A stretch of DNA of 64,000 nt. Origin: a virus. The translations under genes and the position numbers were made by a program. The DNA lies in IMG/VR virus record IMGVR_UViG_3300009124_000007, positions 1 to 64,000 of that record. One strand, given 5' to 3'. Below, piece by piece: positions 1 to 10,529 of the stretch. How positions within the stretch are numbered: position 1 is the stretch's first letter; each line of letters opens with the position of its first letter. The notes under the pieces were generated by a model. It ran no database searches and was not told where the DNA came from. It worked only from the letters and a program-made list of their open reading frames with translations.

Positions 1-1
1 A

Positions 2-1612
2 CGTGCAAACGTTGCTCAGGAATTTACTAATGAGCAAATTGCCGAATTTGCAAGATGTTATAATGATCCAATATACTTCATCAAGAAATATGTGAAGATC
101 GTGTCGCTAGACAAAGGTCTAGTTCCTTTTGACATGTATCATTTCCAAGAGGAAATGGTAGATAAGTTTCATAAAAATAGATTCAATATTGCAAAACTAC
201 CTCGACAGTCTGGTAAGTCTACTATTGTTACGTCATATCTTCTATGGTATGTTATCTTCAATGATAACGTAAACGTTGCAATTCTAGCAAACAAAGCAGC
301 AACGTCCCGCGAGATGTTGCAACGTTTGCAGAGATCATATGAAAACTTACCTAAGTGGTTGCAGCAGGGTATTGTTCAGTGGAACCGTGGTTCTCTAGAA
401 CTAGAAAATGGTTCAAAACTTATGGCAGCATCCACGTCCAGTTCTGCTGTTCGTGGTATGTCGTTCAACGTCATCTTCCTAGACGAATTTGCGTTCGTTC
501 CAAACCACATTGCAGATGAGTTTTTCTCCTCTGTATATCCTACCATCTCTTCTGGTAAATCTACTAAAGTTATTATCATCTCGACGCCACACGGGATGAA
601 CATGTTCTACAAACTATGGCATGATTCAGAGCGTGGTAAGAATGAGTATGTAAGCACGGAGGTTCATTGGTCAGAAGTTCCTGGGCGTGATGCGAAGTGG
701 AAAGAACAAACCATCGCCAACACGTCTGAGCAGCAGTTCAAAGTTGAGTTTGAGTGTGAGTTCTTAGGATCGGTTGACACGTTGATCAGTCCATCCAAAT
801 TACGAACTATGGTCTACAATGACCCGCTGGTTCAAAATAAAGGTCTCTCAATTTATGAGCAAGCACAGAAAGATCACAACTATGTAATTACGGTTGACGT
901 TGCCAGAGGCGTTTCTGGAGACTATTCCGCATTTGTTGTAATTGATACGACTACTATACCATATAAATTAGTAGCAAAGTATAGGAACAATGAAATCAAA
1001 CCTCTGCTGTTTCCAAACATTATTATTGATGTAGCAAAAAATTATAACCATGCATACATCTTAGTGGAAGTGAATGATGTTGGCGGACAGGTTGCAGACA
1101 TTATTCAGTATGATTTGGAATATGAAAATCTACTGATGGCATCGATGCGTGGTCGTGCTGGTCAAGTAGTTGGTCAGGGGTTCTCTGGTAAGAAAACCCA
1201 GATGGGTGTGAAGATGTCTACGGCAGTAAAAAAAGTTGGATGCCACAATCTAAAAGCATTGATTGAGGAAGATAAACTAATCATCAATGACTATGACATC
1301 ATTGCGGAGTTGACTACATTTATTGAAAAGGGTCAGACATTCCAAGCGGAAGATGGATGCAATGATGACTTGGCAATGTCTCTTGTTATTTTTGCTTGGT
1401 TATCAACGTCGGATTACTTCAAAGAGTTGCATGACGATGATATTCGTAAAAGAATTTATGAGGATCAACGGGAAGCAATTGAGGAAGATATGGCACCATT
1501 TGGATTTATGGATGATGGTCTTGGATCAGATGTAATGGTAGATGCGGATGGTGATGTTTGGCATACGGATGAGTACGGAGATCGTGCGTATATGTGGGAG
1601 TATCTAAGTTGA
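2..1612 (+). CDS. gp17: terminase large subunit (5' truncated by window edge)
   Basis: Frame is open from position 2; Walker A PRQSGKST, Walker B IFLDEFAF, nuclease motifs TVDVARG and NDDL. Confidence 0.97.
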   Translation, partial: RANVAQEFTNEQIAEFARCYNDPIYFIKKYVKIVSLDKGLVPFDMYHFQEEMVDKFHKNRFNIAKLPRQSGKSTIVTSYLLWYVIFNDNVNVAILANKAATSREMLQRLQRSYENLPKWLQQGIVQWNRGSLELENGSKLMAASTSSSAVRGMSFNVIFLDEFAFVPNHIADEFFSSVYPTISSGKSTKVIIISTPHGMNMFYKLWHDSERGKNEYVSTEVHWSEVPGRDAKWKEQTIANTSEQQFKVEFECEFLGSVDTLISPSKLRTMVYNDPLVQNKGLSIYEQAQKDHNYVITVDVARGVSGDYSAFVVIDTTTIPYKLVAKYRNNEIKPLLFPNIIIDVAKNYNHAYILVEVNDVGGQVADIIQYDLEYENLLMASMRGRAGQVVGQGFSGKKTQMGVKMSTAVKKVGCHNLKALIEEDKLIINDYDIIAELTTFIEKGQTFQAEDGCNDDLAMSLVIFAWLSTSDYFKELHDDDIRKRIYEDQREAIEEDMAPFGFMDDGLGSDVMVDADGDVWHTDEYGDRAYMWEYLS

Positions 1613-1628
1613 TTGAAAAATAGCATTT

Positions 1629-1636
1629 TATAAATA
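1629..1636 (+). promoter_or_regulatory. T4-type late promoter TATAAATA
   Basis: Exact consensus upstream of gp18. Confidence 0.85.
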
Positions 1637-1676
1637 TTTCTAGAAACTGTAAAGATTCTTCTAGGAGTTATTAGAC

Positions 1677-3953
1677 ATGCCAGCAAACAATCAGCTATCT
1701 CCTGGTGTAGTTGTTCTAGAACGCGACCTCTCCACTAGTACAGTTGTTCAGCAGGGAACGGTTGGTGCCATTACTGGCCCATTCCGTTGGGGTCCTGTAA
1801 ACGACATTGTAGAGTGCAGTGAAGAGGATGAAGTTGTAGATCGCCTCGGAAAGCCAGATGATTATAACTACGAGCATTGGTTCTCGGGTATCCAATTCTT
1901 GAACTATGGTGGACTGCTCAAAGCAGTTCGTACCGATAGTGCAGATCTCAGAAACGCTGTTTCTGACGGTACTGCTACACCCGTGACAACAGTCAAGATC
2001 AGAAACAGCGAGGAGTACACTCAAACTTTTGAGGATCCTGCAACCGCTAATGCTTGGCACTATGCTGTTCGCTACCCTGGTACTTATGGTAACAGCATCC
2101 GCATGTTTGTTACCGATGCTGGGGCAGACCAAATTTTGGCACTTCCTGCTCCTGGTTCGGGTAACGAATGGGAATTCGTTTCTGCAGAAGCACTATCTGC
2201 TGCTAGTGGTGCTGCTGGTAAGGTTTACAACTACAGAATCAAACTGACCCTAACTTCGGTTGTCGGTACTTTCGCAGCAGGTGCTACAACCACGATCGAT
2301 GTTGCTGGTTCTTCCGAGACTGTCACCGTTGTTTCTTACGACGCCAAAGACAAAGTTCTTGAGATTCAACTTCCTGCAGGTGGTATCACTGGTATTCTTG
2401 CTGCAGCACAAACAATCACTCAGGGTACGAACACTGCTGCTATTGCTGCAGACGGTATCAAGCGTGAACTTCTGGTAAAACTGAATAAGGGTTCTGTCCA
2501 GTTTGCTGCTAGCGATAGCGTCGATGACACTAACACCACTTCGGTTACTGTTGATAGCGTTCGTGCTGAGTATCCTGAGCGTGAGTATCTTCCTGGTCAG
2601 CGTTGGATCAGCGTAGCACCTCGTCCTGGCACTTCCAGAATCGCTTTTGAGAAGGGTGGTCACAATGACGAACTTCACATCCTGGTCATGGACTTCGATG
2701 GTGGTATCACTGGTACTCCATATCAACTAGTTGAGAAGTTCCTCGGTCTCTCTAAAGCAAGCGATGGTAAGAGCACAGTTGGTGAAACCAACTACTATAA
2801 GGAAGTTCTGAAGCAACGCTCTAACTACATCTATTGGGGTGAGCACACCGATGAGGTCTTCGTTTCTGGTGCAAACGAAGCAGCGGGTCAGTGGGGTCTA
2901 ACTCTGGTAAACAGAGAGTTCAACCTAATCCGTAACACTCGTGGTACAGTTCTAGAGCCAGACTCTACTGTTACTCCTACAACTCTCGGTAACTCCACTC
3001 TATTCTATGACTTCAAAGGTGGTGCTGACTATCAACTAGCAGGTAGTGAGTATCAGTTCACTTCTGATGATCTGAACACTGCATACAGCATGTTCGATGA
3101 TCCTGAGTCTGTAGAAGTCAACTACATCATTGGTGGTCCTACTGGCGTTAGCACAAGCGCAGGTCTTGCTAAGATCGCTCACATCGTAACCATTTGCGAA
3201 AAGCGTAAGGATTGCATGGCATTCTTCTCGCCCCTTCGCGCTAACATCATCGGTCGTACCGATGGCGATGAAATCGCAGAAGAGATTGTAAAATTCTTCG
3301 ATATGGCACCTTCGAGTTCCTATGTCGCATATGACTCTGGTTACAAGTACATCTACGATAAGTACAACGATAAGTACCGCTACATCCCATGCAACGCTGA
3401 CGTTGCAGGTCTAGTTCTGAACACTGCACTTACTGCAGAACCATGGTTCTCGCCCGCAGGTTTCCAGCGTGGTAACATCCGCAACAGCATCAGACTCGCA
3501 TTCTCTCCAAAGAAAGACCAGCGCGATAAACTGTATGCATCTCGCGTAAACCCAGTTGTAACATTCCCTGGTCAGGGCACTGTTCTTTACGGTGATAAGA
3601 CCGCTCTGTCCTATGCATCTGCATTCGATAGAATCAACGTTCGTCGTCTATTCATCGTAATCGAGAAGGTTATCTCGACTGCTGCTAAGACAATCCTGTT
3701 TGAGCAGAACGATGACGTAACACGTAACTCCTTTATTGGTCTGGTCGAGCCATACATGCGTGATGTTCAGGGTCGCAGAGGCGTTTATGACTTCCTAGTC
3801 AAGTGTAATGCTTCCAACAACCCACCCGATGCAATTGATCGTGGTGAGTTCTACGCAGAAATCTTCGTAAAACCAACCCGTACCATCAACTACATCACTC
3901 TGACCTTCACTGCAACACGCACTGGAGTCAACTTTAGCGAAGTCGCTAACTGA
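1677..3953 (+). CDS. gp18: tail sheath protein
   Basis: SPGVVVLERD N-terminus; PWFSPAG and FDRINVRRLF motifs; synteny. Confidence 0.97.
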   Translation: MPANNQLSPGVVVLERDLSTSTVVQQGTVGAITGPFRWGPVNDIVECSEEDEVVDRLGKPDDYNYEHWFSGIQFLNYGGLLKAVRTDSADLRNAVSDGTATPVTTVKIRNSEEYTQTFEDPATANAWHYAVRYPGTYGNSIRMFVTDAGADQILALPAPGSGNEWEFVSAEALSAASGAAGKVYNYRIKLTLTSVVGTFAAGATTTIDVAGSSETVTVVSYDAKDKVLEIQLPAGGITGILAAAQTITQGTNTAAIAADGIKRELLVKLNKGSVQFAASDSVDDTNTTSVTVDSVRAEYPEREYLPGQRWISVAPRPGTSRIAFEKGGHNDELHILVMDFDGGITGTPYQLVEKFLGLSKASDGKSTVGETNYYKEVLKQRSNYIYWGEHTDEVFVSGANEAAGQWGLTLVNREFNLIRNTRGTVLEPDSTVTPTTLGNSTLFYDFKGGADYQLAGSEYQFTSDDLNTAYSMFDDPESVEVNYIIGGPTGVSTSAGLAKIAHIVTICEKRKDCMAFFSPLRANIIGRTDGDEIAEEIVKFFDMAPSSSYVAYDSGYKYIYDKYNDKYRYIPCNADVAGLVLNTALTAEPWFSPAGFQRGNIRNSIRLAFSPKKDQRDKLYASRVNPVVTFPGQGTVLYGDKTALSYASAFDRINVRRLFIVIEKVISTAAKTILFEQNDDVTRNSFIGLVEPYMRDVQGRRGVYDFLVKCNASNNPPDAIDRGEFYAEIFVKPTRTINYITLTFTATRTGVNFSEVAN

Positions 3954-3993
3954 TTTATTATTGACTAAATAACCGCTAGGAGAATAAATACCA

Positions 3994-4611
3994 ATGGCAC
4001 TTAGTACAATCGACGCTTTCAAAGCTCAGGTCGCCTCGGACTTCGCCAGACCTAACCTATTTGAGGTAATGCTCAATTTCCCAGGAGCTCTGGATATTGA
4101 CAACAAAGATTCCCTCAAGACTCTAGGCAAGTTTACCGTCCGCGCAGCAAACCTCCCATCTTCTCAGATGGGTGTGATTGAGGTTCCCTACAGAGGTAGG
4201 GTTCTCAAGATCGCTGGTGACAGAACATTCGAGCCATGGACTGTTACCATCATGAACGATACCAACTTTGCACTCCGTAGTGCATTTGAGGCATGGTTCT
4301 CTGCAATCCAAGCACAGAACGAGAACTACACTTCTCTTGCTACGCTTGGTGATGAGTCTGACGAGACTGGTTACTTTGCAGATATGCAGGTAACTCAACT
4401 CTCCAGAGACTCTCGTGCTGGTCAGGGTTCTGGTAACCAGGAAGCAGGCACTGCCGAGAACAAGCCTCTACGTCGTTACGAGTTCATGAACATCTTCCCA
4501 AGCAACATCTCCGCAATCGATCTTGATTTCGGTAGCAATGATGCAATCGAAGAGTTCACTGTTGAGTTCCAAGTTCAGTACTGGAGACTTCTCAGCAACG
4601 ACGCTCAGTGA
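3994..4611 (+). CDS. gp19: tail tube protein
   Basis: ARPNLFEV, KIAGDRTFEPW, IEEFTVEFQVQYW. Confidence 0.96.
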   Translation: MALSTIDAFKAQVASDFARPNLFEVMLNFPGALDIDNKDSLKTLGKFTVRAANLPSSQMGVIEVPYRGRVLKIAGDRTFEPWTVTIMNDTNFALRSAFEAWFSAIQAQNENYTSLATLGDESDETGYFADMQVTQLSRDSRAGQGSGNQEAGTAENKPLRRYEFMNIFPSNISAIDLDFGSNDAIEEFTVEFQVQYWRLLSNDAQ

Positions 4612-4615
4612 TCCG

Positions 4616-4623
4616 TATAAATA
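4616..4623 (+). promoter_or_regulatory. T4-type late promoter TATAAATA
   Basis: Exact consensus upstream of gp20. Confidence 0.85.
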
Positions 4624-4645
4624 AAACGGAACTTCAATTATTATA

Positions 4646-6301
4646 ATGTCTCAACTCTTTGGTTTTTCAATAGAGAGAGCAAAGAAGGTCCCTAAGGGGC
4701 CTTCTTTTGTTCAGAAAGATAACTTAGATGGAACTTACCCAGTATCGGGTGGGGGTCACTACAGTTATGCTGTTGATTTCGACGGCGCTGTTCGTAACGA
4801 GTGGGAACTTATTTCTCGATATAGAGAAATGATTCTTCAACCCGAATGCGATAGTGCCGTCGATGATATTGTGAATGAAACGATTTGCGGAAACTTTGAT
4901 GATGTCCCAGTTGAAATTGAACTGAGTAATCTAAAAGTTTCCGACAAAATCAAGAAACTTATCCGCGAAGAATTCGACGAGATTATTCGTCTCTTGGATT
5001 TTGAAAATCGCTCGTATGAGATTTTCCGTCGCTGGTATGTTGACGGCAGATTATTCTACCATAAGGTTATTGATCCCAAAAATCCTAATAGTGGAATTGT
5101 AGAACTGCGTTATATCGATCCTCGTAAGATTCGCAAAATCAAAGAGATTGAAAGCAAACCAGTACAAAAAGGTGCTGGTATTGATGAGGCATTATCTCAG
5201 AAGTCTGTTGAGTATTTCCTTTATCATCCAAAAGGTCTGAAAGCACTCAACTCTGTTGGTGGTGGGGCGCAACAAAATGGTTTGAAAATTGCGTCAGATT
5301 CTGTCACCTACGTCCACAGTGGAATCATGGATCTGAATAAGAACATGGTTCTTTCACACCTTCACAAAGCAATCAAAGCAGTCAATCAACTGCGAATGAT
5401 TGAAGACTCTCTGGTTATCTACCGTTTGAGTAGAGCACCAGAACGTCGTATTTTCTACATCGATGTTGGTAATCTACCCAAACAAAAAGCGGAACAATAT
5501 CTCCGCGAAGTCATGGGTCGTTATCGTAACAAACTTGTTTATGATGCTAACACTGGTGAGATTCGTGATGACAAGAAGTTCATGTCTATGCTAGAGGACT
5601 TCTGGTTGCCACGTAGAGAGGGTGGTCGTGGTACAGAAATCACTACTCTACCTGGTGGTCAAAATCTCGGAGAACTTGAAGATGTCAAGTATTTCCAAAA
5701 GAAACTATATAAAGCATTGAATGTTCCCGAGTCTCGTATGGAGACCGAACAAACATTCAACATCGGTAGAGCAGCAGAAATTACTCGTGACGAAGTAAAG
5801 TTTCAGAAATTCGTCGCAAGACTTCGCAAACGTTTTAGCGAACTTTTTACTGATCTACTGAAAACACAACTCATTCTAAAGGGAGTTATCTCCATTGAAG
5901 AATGGGAAATGATGAAGGAGCATATTCAGTTTGATTACGTTGCCGATAACTATTTTACGGAACTGAAAGAACTGGAGATCAACAACGAAAGAATGAACAT
6001 GGTGAACTCTATGGATCCTTTTGTTGGTAAATACTTCTCGCTTGAATACATCCGTCGTCAGGTTCTCAAGCAAACCGACCGCGAAATTCTTGAAATCGAT
6101 AAACAAATCGAACAGGAAATGAAGGACGGTTTGATCCAAGATCCTAACGATCCTATGGGAGAAATGATGGGTGGTGGTATGGCACCTGAAGAAGGTGCTG
6201 CAGCAGATCCATCAAATCCTGTAGATGCTGAAGGTGGTGAAGAACCACTTTTCACTAAGGATGATCTGGACGCGGAAGACAAGAAACTTTCCAAGTTCTA
6301 A
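4646..6301 (+). CDS. gp20: portal protein
   Basis: RAPERRIFYIDVGNLPK and EDFWLPRREGGRGTEITTLPGG. Confidence 0.98.
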   Translation: MSQLFGFSIERAKKVPKGPSFVQKDNLDGTYPVSGGGHYSYAVDFDGAVRNEWELISRYREMILQPECDSAVDDIVNETICGNFDDVPVEIELSNLKVSDKIKKLIREEFDEIIRLLDFENRSYEIFRRWYVDGRLFYHKVIDPKNPNSGIVELRYIDPRKIRKIKEIESKPVQKGAGIDEALSQKSVEYFLYHPKGLKALNSVGGGAQQNGLKIASDSVTYVHSGIMDLNKNMVLSHLHKAIKAVNQLRMIEDSLVIYRLSRAPERRIFYIDVGNLPKQKAEQYLREVMGRYRNKLVYDANTGEIRDDKKFMSMLEDFWLPRREGGRGTEITTLPGGQNLGELEDVKYFQKKLYKALNVPESRMETEQTFNIGRAAEITRDEVKFQKFVARLRKRFSELFTDLLKTQLILKGVISIEEWEMMKEHIQFDYVADNYFTELKELEINNERMNMVNSMDPFVGKYFSLEYIRRQVLKQTDREILEIDKQIEQEMKDGLIQDPNDPMGEMMGGGMAPEEGAAADPSNPVDAEGGEEPLFTKDDLDAEDKKLSKF

Positions 6302-6326
6302 ATAGTATATACGGAGTGACGTAATT

Positions 6327-6668
6327 ATGTCTGAATTGGCACAAGATATTGTGGATAAAGTATTTGCTGGTGACAAGACTGGCACGATCGATGCAGTTGG
6401 TGCTGCAATTCAAGATCGAGCATACGACCTAATCCAGCAAAAGAAAGTCGAAGTCGCACAACAGTGGGGTTTCGAGTTGGACCAAACAGGTCAGGCAGCA
6501 GCAGATGAAGTTTCCGCTTCTCTTCCCGATGGGACTGACGAACCACAAGATTATGAAGTTGATGGTCGAATGCCTCATGATCCTCCCGAGGAATATGAGG
6601 AACCAACAGTAGAAACAACCCCAGAAGAAGAGGACACAGAAAATGAAACTGATCTCGGAACAGATTGA
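6327..6668 (+). CDS. acidic protein, probable prohead core protein
   Basis: Lies between gp20 and gp21; very acidic; RBS GGAG. Confidence 0.6.
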   Translation: MSELAQDIVDKVFAGDKTGTIDAVGAAIQDRAYDLIQQKKVEVAQQWGFELDQTGQAAADEVSASLPDGTDEPQDYEVDGRMPHDPPEEYEEPTVETTPEEEDTENETDLGTD

Positions 6669-7287
6669 AGAAGTAAAATTTATTGCTGAGGAAACCGAAG
6701 GCAAGAAAAATTACTTTATCGAAGGAATCTTTCTTCAGGGAGAGATCAAAAACCGTAATGGGAGAATGTATCCCATGGCAGTTCTTGATCGCGAAGTTGG
6801 GAAGTACACTGAAGGTTTTATTCAGACTGGACGTGCTCTCGGTGAGTTGGGTCATCCCGATGGTCCTACTCTAAATCTAGATCGCGTTTCCCATAAGATC
6901 ATGTCTCTCCAAAAAGAGGGCACGAACTATGTGGGTCGCGCTAAAATTCTTGGTACACCAATGGGAGAAATTGCCAAGAATCTACTTGACGAGGGAATCA
7001 AACTGGGTGTTTCTTCACGCGGTATGGGTTCACTGGTCAAGAAAGAAGGATATCAAATGGTAGCAGATGATTTCATGCTTGCTACCGCTGCTGATATTGT
7101 AGCAGATCCTTCCGCTCCTGATGCATTTGTTGATGGAATTATGGAAGGAAAGGAATGGGTGTGGGATAACGGCATTTTGAAGGAAGCACAGGTTGCACAA
7201 ATCAAACAAGTTATTGATGAAGCAACTCTAATCAACCTTCAGGAGCGCAAAGTTTCCGCGTTCAAGTCATTTCTACAAAGTTTGTAA
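6643..7287 (+). CDS. gp21: prohead protease
   Basis: ALGELGHP, GVSSRGMGS, DIVADPSAPDA. Confidence 0.97.
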   Translation: MKLISEQIEEVKFIAEETEGKKNYFIEGIFLQGEIKNRNGRMYPMAVLDREVGKYTEGFIQTGRALGELGHPDGPTLNLDRVSHKIMSLQKEGTNYVGRAKILGTPMGEIAKNLLDEGIKLGVSSRGMGSLVKKEGYQMVADDFMLATAADIVADPSAPDAFVDGIMEGKEWVWDNGILKEAQVAQIKQVIDEATLINLQERKVSAFKSFLQSL

Positions 7288-7289
7288 AG

Positions 7290-7297
7290 TATAAATA
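7290..7297 (+). promoter_or_regulatory. T4-type late promoter TATAAATA
   Basis: Exact consensus upstream of gp22. Confidence 0.85.
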
Positions 7298-7337
7298 ATC
7301 TATAGAAAAGCAAATGCCGACTAAAGGAGAAACACAA

Positions 7338-8408
7338 ATGTCTACTACTCTCGATAAAGAGTTTGAAGCGCATATGTCTGAGGAGACCGTCTCTGAGGAA
7401 GCAGCTACTGGTTATGCTGCAGTGAAAAAAGGCGCTAAATCTGGTGAAAAGATTGATCGTTCTGGTGCTAAATATGCCGAAATCGGTGGCACTAAGAATG
7501 ATTCCGAGGAAGGTGCTGCAGGCACTAAGAACCTCGGTGCTGCCGCTTCGGGTGCTGTAAGCGTCGAAGGCGACAAAACTCTGAAGACCAAACCATCCGA
7601 TGCATCCAGTGCAATGCCTGGTGCTCTTTCTGGTAAAATCTTTGACGAGGTAGAGACCGATGAAGAAGAGACAATCACTGAAGCCGAGTACGACTTTGCT
7701 GAAGATGTTGACGCTCTTGTCGCTGGTGAAGACCTCTCCGAAGAATTCAAAGATCGCGCAAAAACAATCTTTGAAGCAGCAGTAACTTCTAAAGTAAATG
7801 CAGAAGTTGCAGCACTAAAAGAAGCATTTGAGTCTGAACTTGAACAGCAAGTTGCAGCACTCAAAGAAGAATTGGCCACACAAGTTGACGATTACCTGTC
7901 GTATGCTGCTCAACAATGGATGACCGAGAATGAACTCGCCATTGAGCACGGTATCAAAAACGACATTGCTGAATCGTTCATGTCTGGTCTAAAAGGTTTG
8001 TTCACAGAACATCACATTGGTGTTCCTGAGGACAAGTTCAACATGCTGGAAGGCATGACTGAACAGCTTGATGAGATGGAAGGAAAACTCAACGAGCAAA
8101 TCGACACCAACGTCCAACTCAATAAGCAGTTGGGTTCTTATATGAAAATGGGTATTGTGAGCGAAGTCGCTGCAGGTCTCGCTGAGACTCAAAAGGAGAA
8201 GCTTGCTTCTCTGGCAGAGGGTGTTGAGTTTGAAAGTGAAGAAGATTTTCGTAAGAAAGTCGAAACTATTAGAGAATCCTACTTTACTCGCCGCGAAGCA
8301 GTAACTGCAGATGCGACCGAGGACGCAGAACCTCTGGTAGAAGAAGTCCAGCACACAAATACAGCGATGAGCAGATATGTGGATGCTCTAGCACGCTGGT
8401 CTAACTAA
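7338..8408 (+). CDS. gp22: prohead scaffold protein
   Basis: LSEEFKDRAKTIFEAAV; acidic coiled coil; AAGGAG before ATG 7338. Confidence 0.93.
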   Translation: MSTTLDKEFEAHMSEETVSEEAATGYAAVKKGAKSGEKIDRSGAKYAEIGGTKNDSEEGAAGTKNLGAAASGAVSVEGDKTLKTKPSDASSAMPGALSGKIFDEVETDEEETITEAEYDFAEDVDALVAGEDLSEEFKDRAKTIFEAAVTSKVNAEVAALKEAFESELEQQVAALKEELATQVDDYLSYAAQQWMTENELAIEHGIKNDIAESFMSGLKGLFTEHHIGVPEDKFNMLEGMTEQLDEMEGKLNEQIDTNVQLNKQLGSYMKMGIVSEVAAGLAETQKEKLASLAEGVEFESEEDFRKKVETIRESYFTRREAVTADATEDAEPLVEEVQHTNTAMSRYVDALARWSN

Positions 8409-8456
8409 TTGTAATTATTTGTAAATAACTATTTTTTCAACGGAGTAACAATTCAA

Positions 8457-9854
8457 ATGGCTGATCTCAGACAACTCCAGGAAAAGTGGGCACCCGTTCT
8501 TGACCACGAAGCACTTCCTAAAATTGAAGATGCTCACAAGCGCGGCGTCGTCGCCCAAATCCTGGAAAACCAAGAAAAAGCACTTACAGAAGAGGCACAA
8601 GTTCTCTCTGAGACTGTTCAAACAGTCGGTACAGGCGGTTTCGGTGGCGGTGCCACTGCAACTGGTCCTGTCGCAGGTTTCGACCCCGTTCTGATCTCCC
8701 TGATCAGACGCTCGATGCCCCAACTGATCGCTTACGATATCGCAGGCGTTCAACCCATGACTGGTCCTACTGGACTGATCTTCGCAATGCGTACTGCTTA
8801 TGGCAGCGAGCGCGATGCAACCAACGCCAACTTCCGTGAGGCATTCTTCAACGAGCCTAACGCAGGTTTCTCTGGTGGTCCTGGCACTGGTCTTGCTAAC
8901 TACGATCCTACCGCTTCTGGTAGCGCAGTCAACGATGCTGAAGGCAGCAACCCTGGTCTCCTCAATGACAGCCCTGCTGGCACCTATGAGGTAACTGGCG
9001 ATGCAACTGGCATGAGCACCTCTTCTGCTGAAGCACTGGATGACAGCGCAGCAGGTACTGCTTTCCGCGAAATGGGCTTCTCGATCGAGAAGGTAACCGT
9101 TACCGCTAAGAGCAGAGCACTGAAGGCAGAGTACAGCCTCGAACTGGCTCAAGACCTGAAGGCAGTTCATGGTCTAGATGCAGAGCAGGAACTCAGCAAC
9201 ATCCTTTCGACTGAGATCCTCGCTGAAATCAACCGTGAAGTTGTTCGTACCGTATACAGCAACGCTGTTGCAGGTGCTCAGAACAACACCGCAACTGCTG
9301 GTATCTTCGACCTCGACGTTGACTCCAACGGTCGTTGGTCTGTTGAGAAGTTCAAAGGTCTTCTGTTCCAGATCGAGCGCGATGCTAACGCAATCGGTCA
9401 TGAGACTCGTCGCGGGAAGGGCAACATCATGATCTGCTCTGCAGACGTTGCTAGCGCCCTCTCCATGGCAGGCGTTCTCGACTATGCTCCTGCTCTGAAC
9501 GGCAACAACGGTTTGATCCCTGACGACACCTCCAGCACCCTGGTTGGTACTCTGAACGGTCGCATCAAAGTCTACGTTGACCCCTACTCTGCAAACGTAA
9601 GTGACAAGCACTTCTACGTCATGGGTTATAAGGGTTCCAGCGCATATGACGCAGGTCTCTTCTACTGCCCATACGTTCCTCTGCAGATGGTTCGTGCAAT
9701 CAACCCTAACACCTTCCAGCCCAAGATTGGCTTCAAGACTCGTTACGGTATGGTTTCCAACCCATTCGCACAGGGTCTCACCCAGGGCACTGGTGCTCTC
9801 ACCGCGAACACCAACAAGTACTATCGTCGCGTACAGGTTGCTAACCTCATGTGA
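8457..9854 (+). CDS. gp23: major capsid protein
   Basis: GVQPMTGPTGLIFAMR, KSRALKAEYS, FQPKIGFKTRYG. Confidence 0.99.
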   Translation: MADLRQLQEKWAPVLDHEALPKIEDAHKRGVVAQILENQEKALTEEAQVLSETVQTVGTGGFGGGATATGPVAGFDPVLISLIRRSMPQLIAYDIAGVQPMTGPTGLIFAMRTAYGSERDATNANFREAFFNEPNAGFSGGPGTGLANYDPTASGSAVNDAEGSNPGLLNDSPAGTYEVTGDATGMSTSSAEALDDSAAGTAFREMGFSIEKVTVTAKSRALKAEYSLELAQDLKAVHGLDAEQELSNILSTEILAEINREVVRTVYSNAVAGAQNNTATAGIFDLDVDSNGRWSVEKFKGLLFQIERDANAIGHETRRGKGNIMICSADVASALSMAGVLDYAPALNGNNGLIPDDTSSTLVGTLNGRIKVYVDPYSANVSDKHFYVMGYKGSSAYDAGLFYCPYVPLQMVRAINPNTFQPKIGFKTRYGMVSNPFAQGLTQGTGALTANTNKYYRRVQVANLM

Positions 9855-9878
9855 TATAGGCACTTCGCTTTTCTACTT

Positions 9879-9905
9879 CAGAGACCCTTCGGGGTCTCTT
9901 TTTTT
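9879..9905 (+). terminator. intrinsic terminator
   Basis: AGAGACCC-TTCG-GGGTCTCT followed by a T-run. Confidence 0.9.
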
Positions 9906-9938
9906 GTCTAAATAAGAATGTAGCAGACTCATAAAAGA

Positions 9939-10529
9939 ATGTCTCAGTGGTACGAAAGGGAAATCCAAAACAAAAATTATCTCTCTCCGATTGGTTTCCG
10001 TCTATTGATCCAGAAGGCACCAAAGGTTTCTTTTATGTGTCAAGATGTTGCTATACCATCAATCAATCTTGGTTCTGTAGAACTTCCATATAGAGGTTTT
10101 GTAACTACACCCGTTGAAGGTAACATCAAGTTTGAAGATTTTACTGTAGAATTTCTAGTCGATGAAGATCTAGAGAACTGGTTAGAAATCTATGATTGGA
10201 TTAGGGGTTTGGGTGTTGCTGCAGCAGCATCTGACAGATACGACTACCTAGAATCAAAGTTCAAAATCGGTGGTCAATCAGACATGTACAGAGCAGCAAA
10301 AGGAAACGAGAAGACTTCCGATACTGTTTTGATGGTTCAGAATAATAACTATGCTTTGAATTTTGAGATCGTTCTTAGAGATTGCTTCCCAATATCTCTA
10401 ACACCTCTACCATTCAATGTTACAAGTTCTGATAACAATTACATGACAGCAAGAGCAACGTTTAGATATACTTATTATGATGTATATAAATCTTACGATG
10501 CCTCTGGAGATCCAACTAGGGGGGGATAA
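9939..10529 (+). CDS. gp3: tail completion / sheath stabilizer
   Basis: NYLSPIGF, FLVDEDLENWLEIYDWI; synteny after gp23. Confidence 0.88.
   Translation: MSQWYEREIQNKNYLSPIGFRLLIQKAPKVSFMCQDVAIPSINLGSVELPYRGFVTTPVEGNIKFEDFTVEFLVDEDLENWLEIYDWIRGLGVAAAASDRYDYLESKFKIGGQSDMYRAAKGNEKTSDTVLMVQNNNYALNFEIVLRDCFPISLTPLPFNVTSSDNNYMTARATFRYTYYDVYKSYDASGDPTRGG

Noticed and set aside
8415-9863. Long antisense ORFs opposite gp23 (251 and 229 aa)
   Set aside because: Shadow ORFs of a strongly codon-biased gene; no RBS or recognisable motifs.
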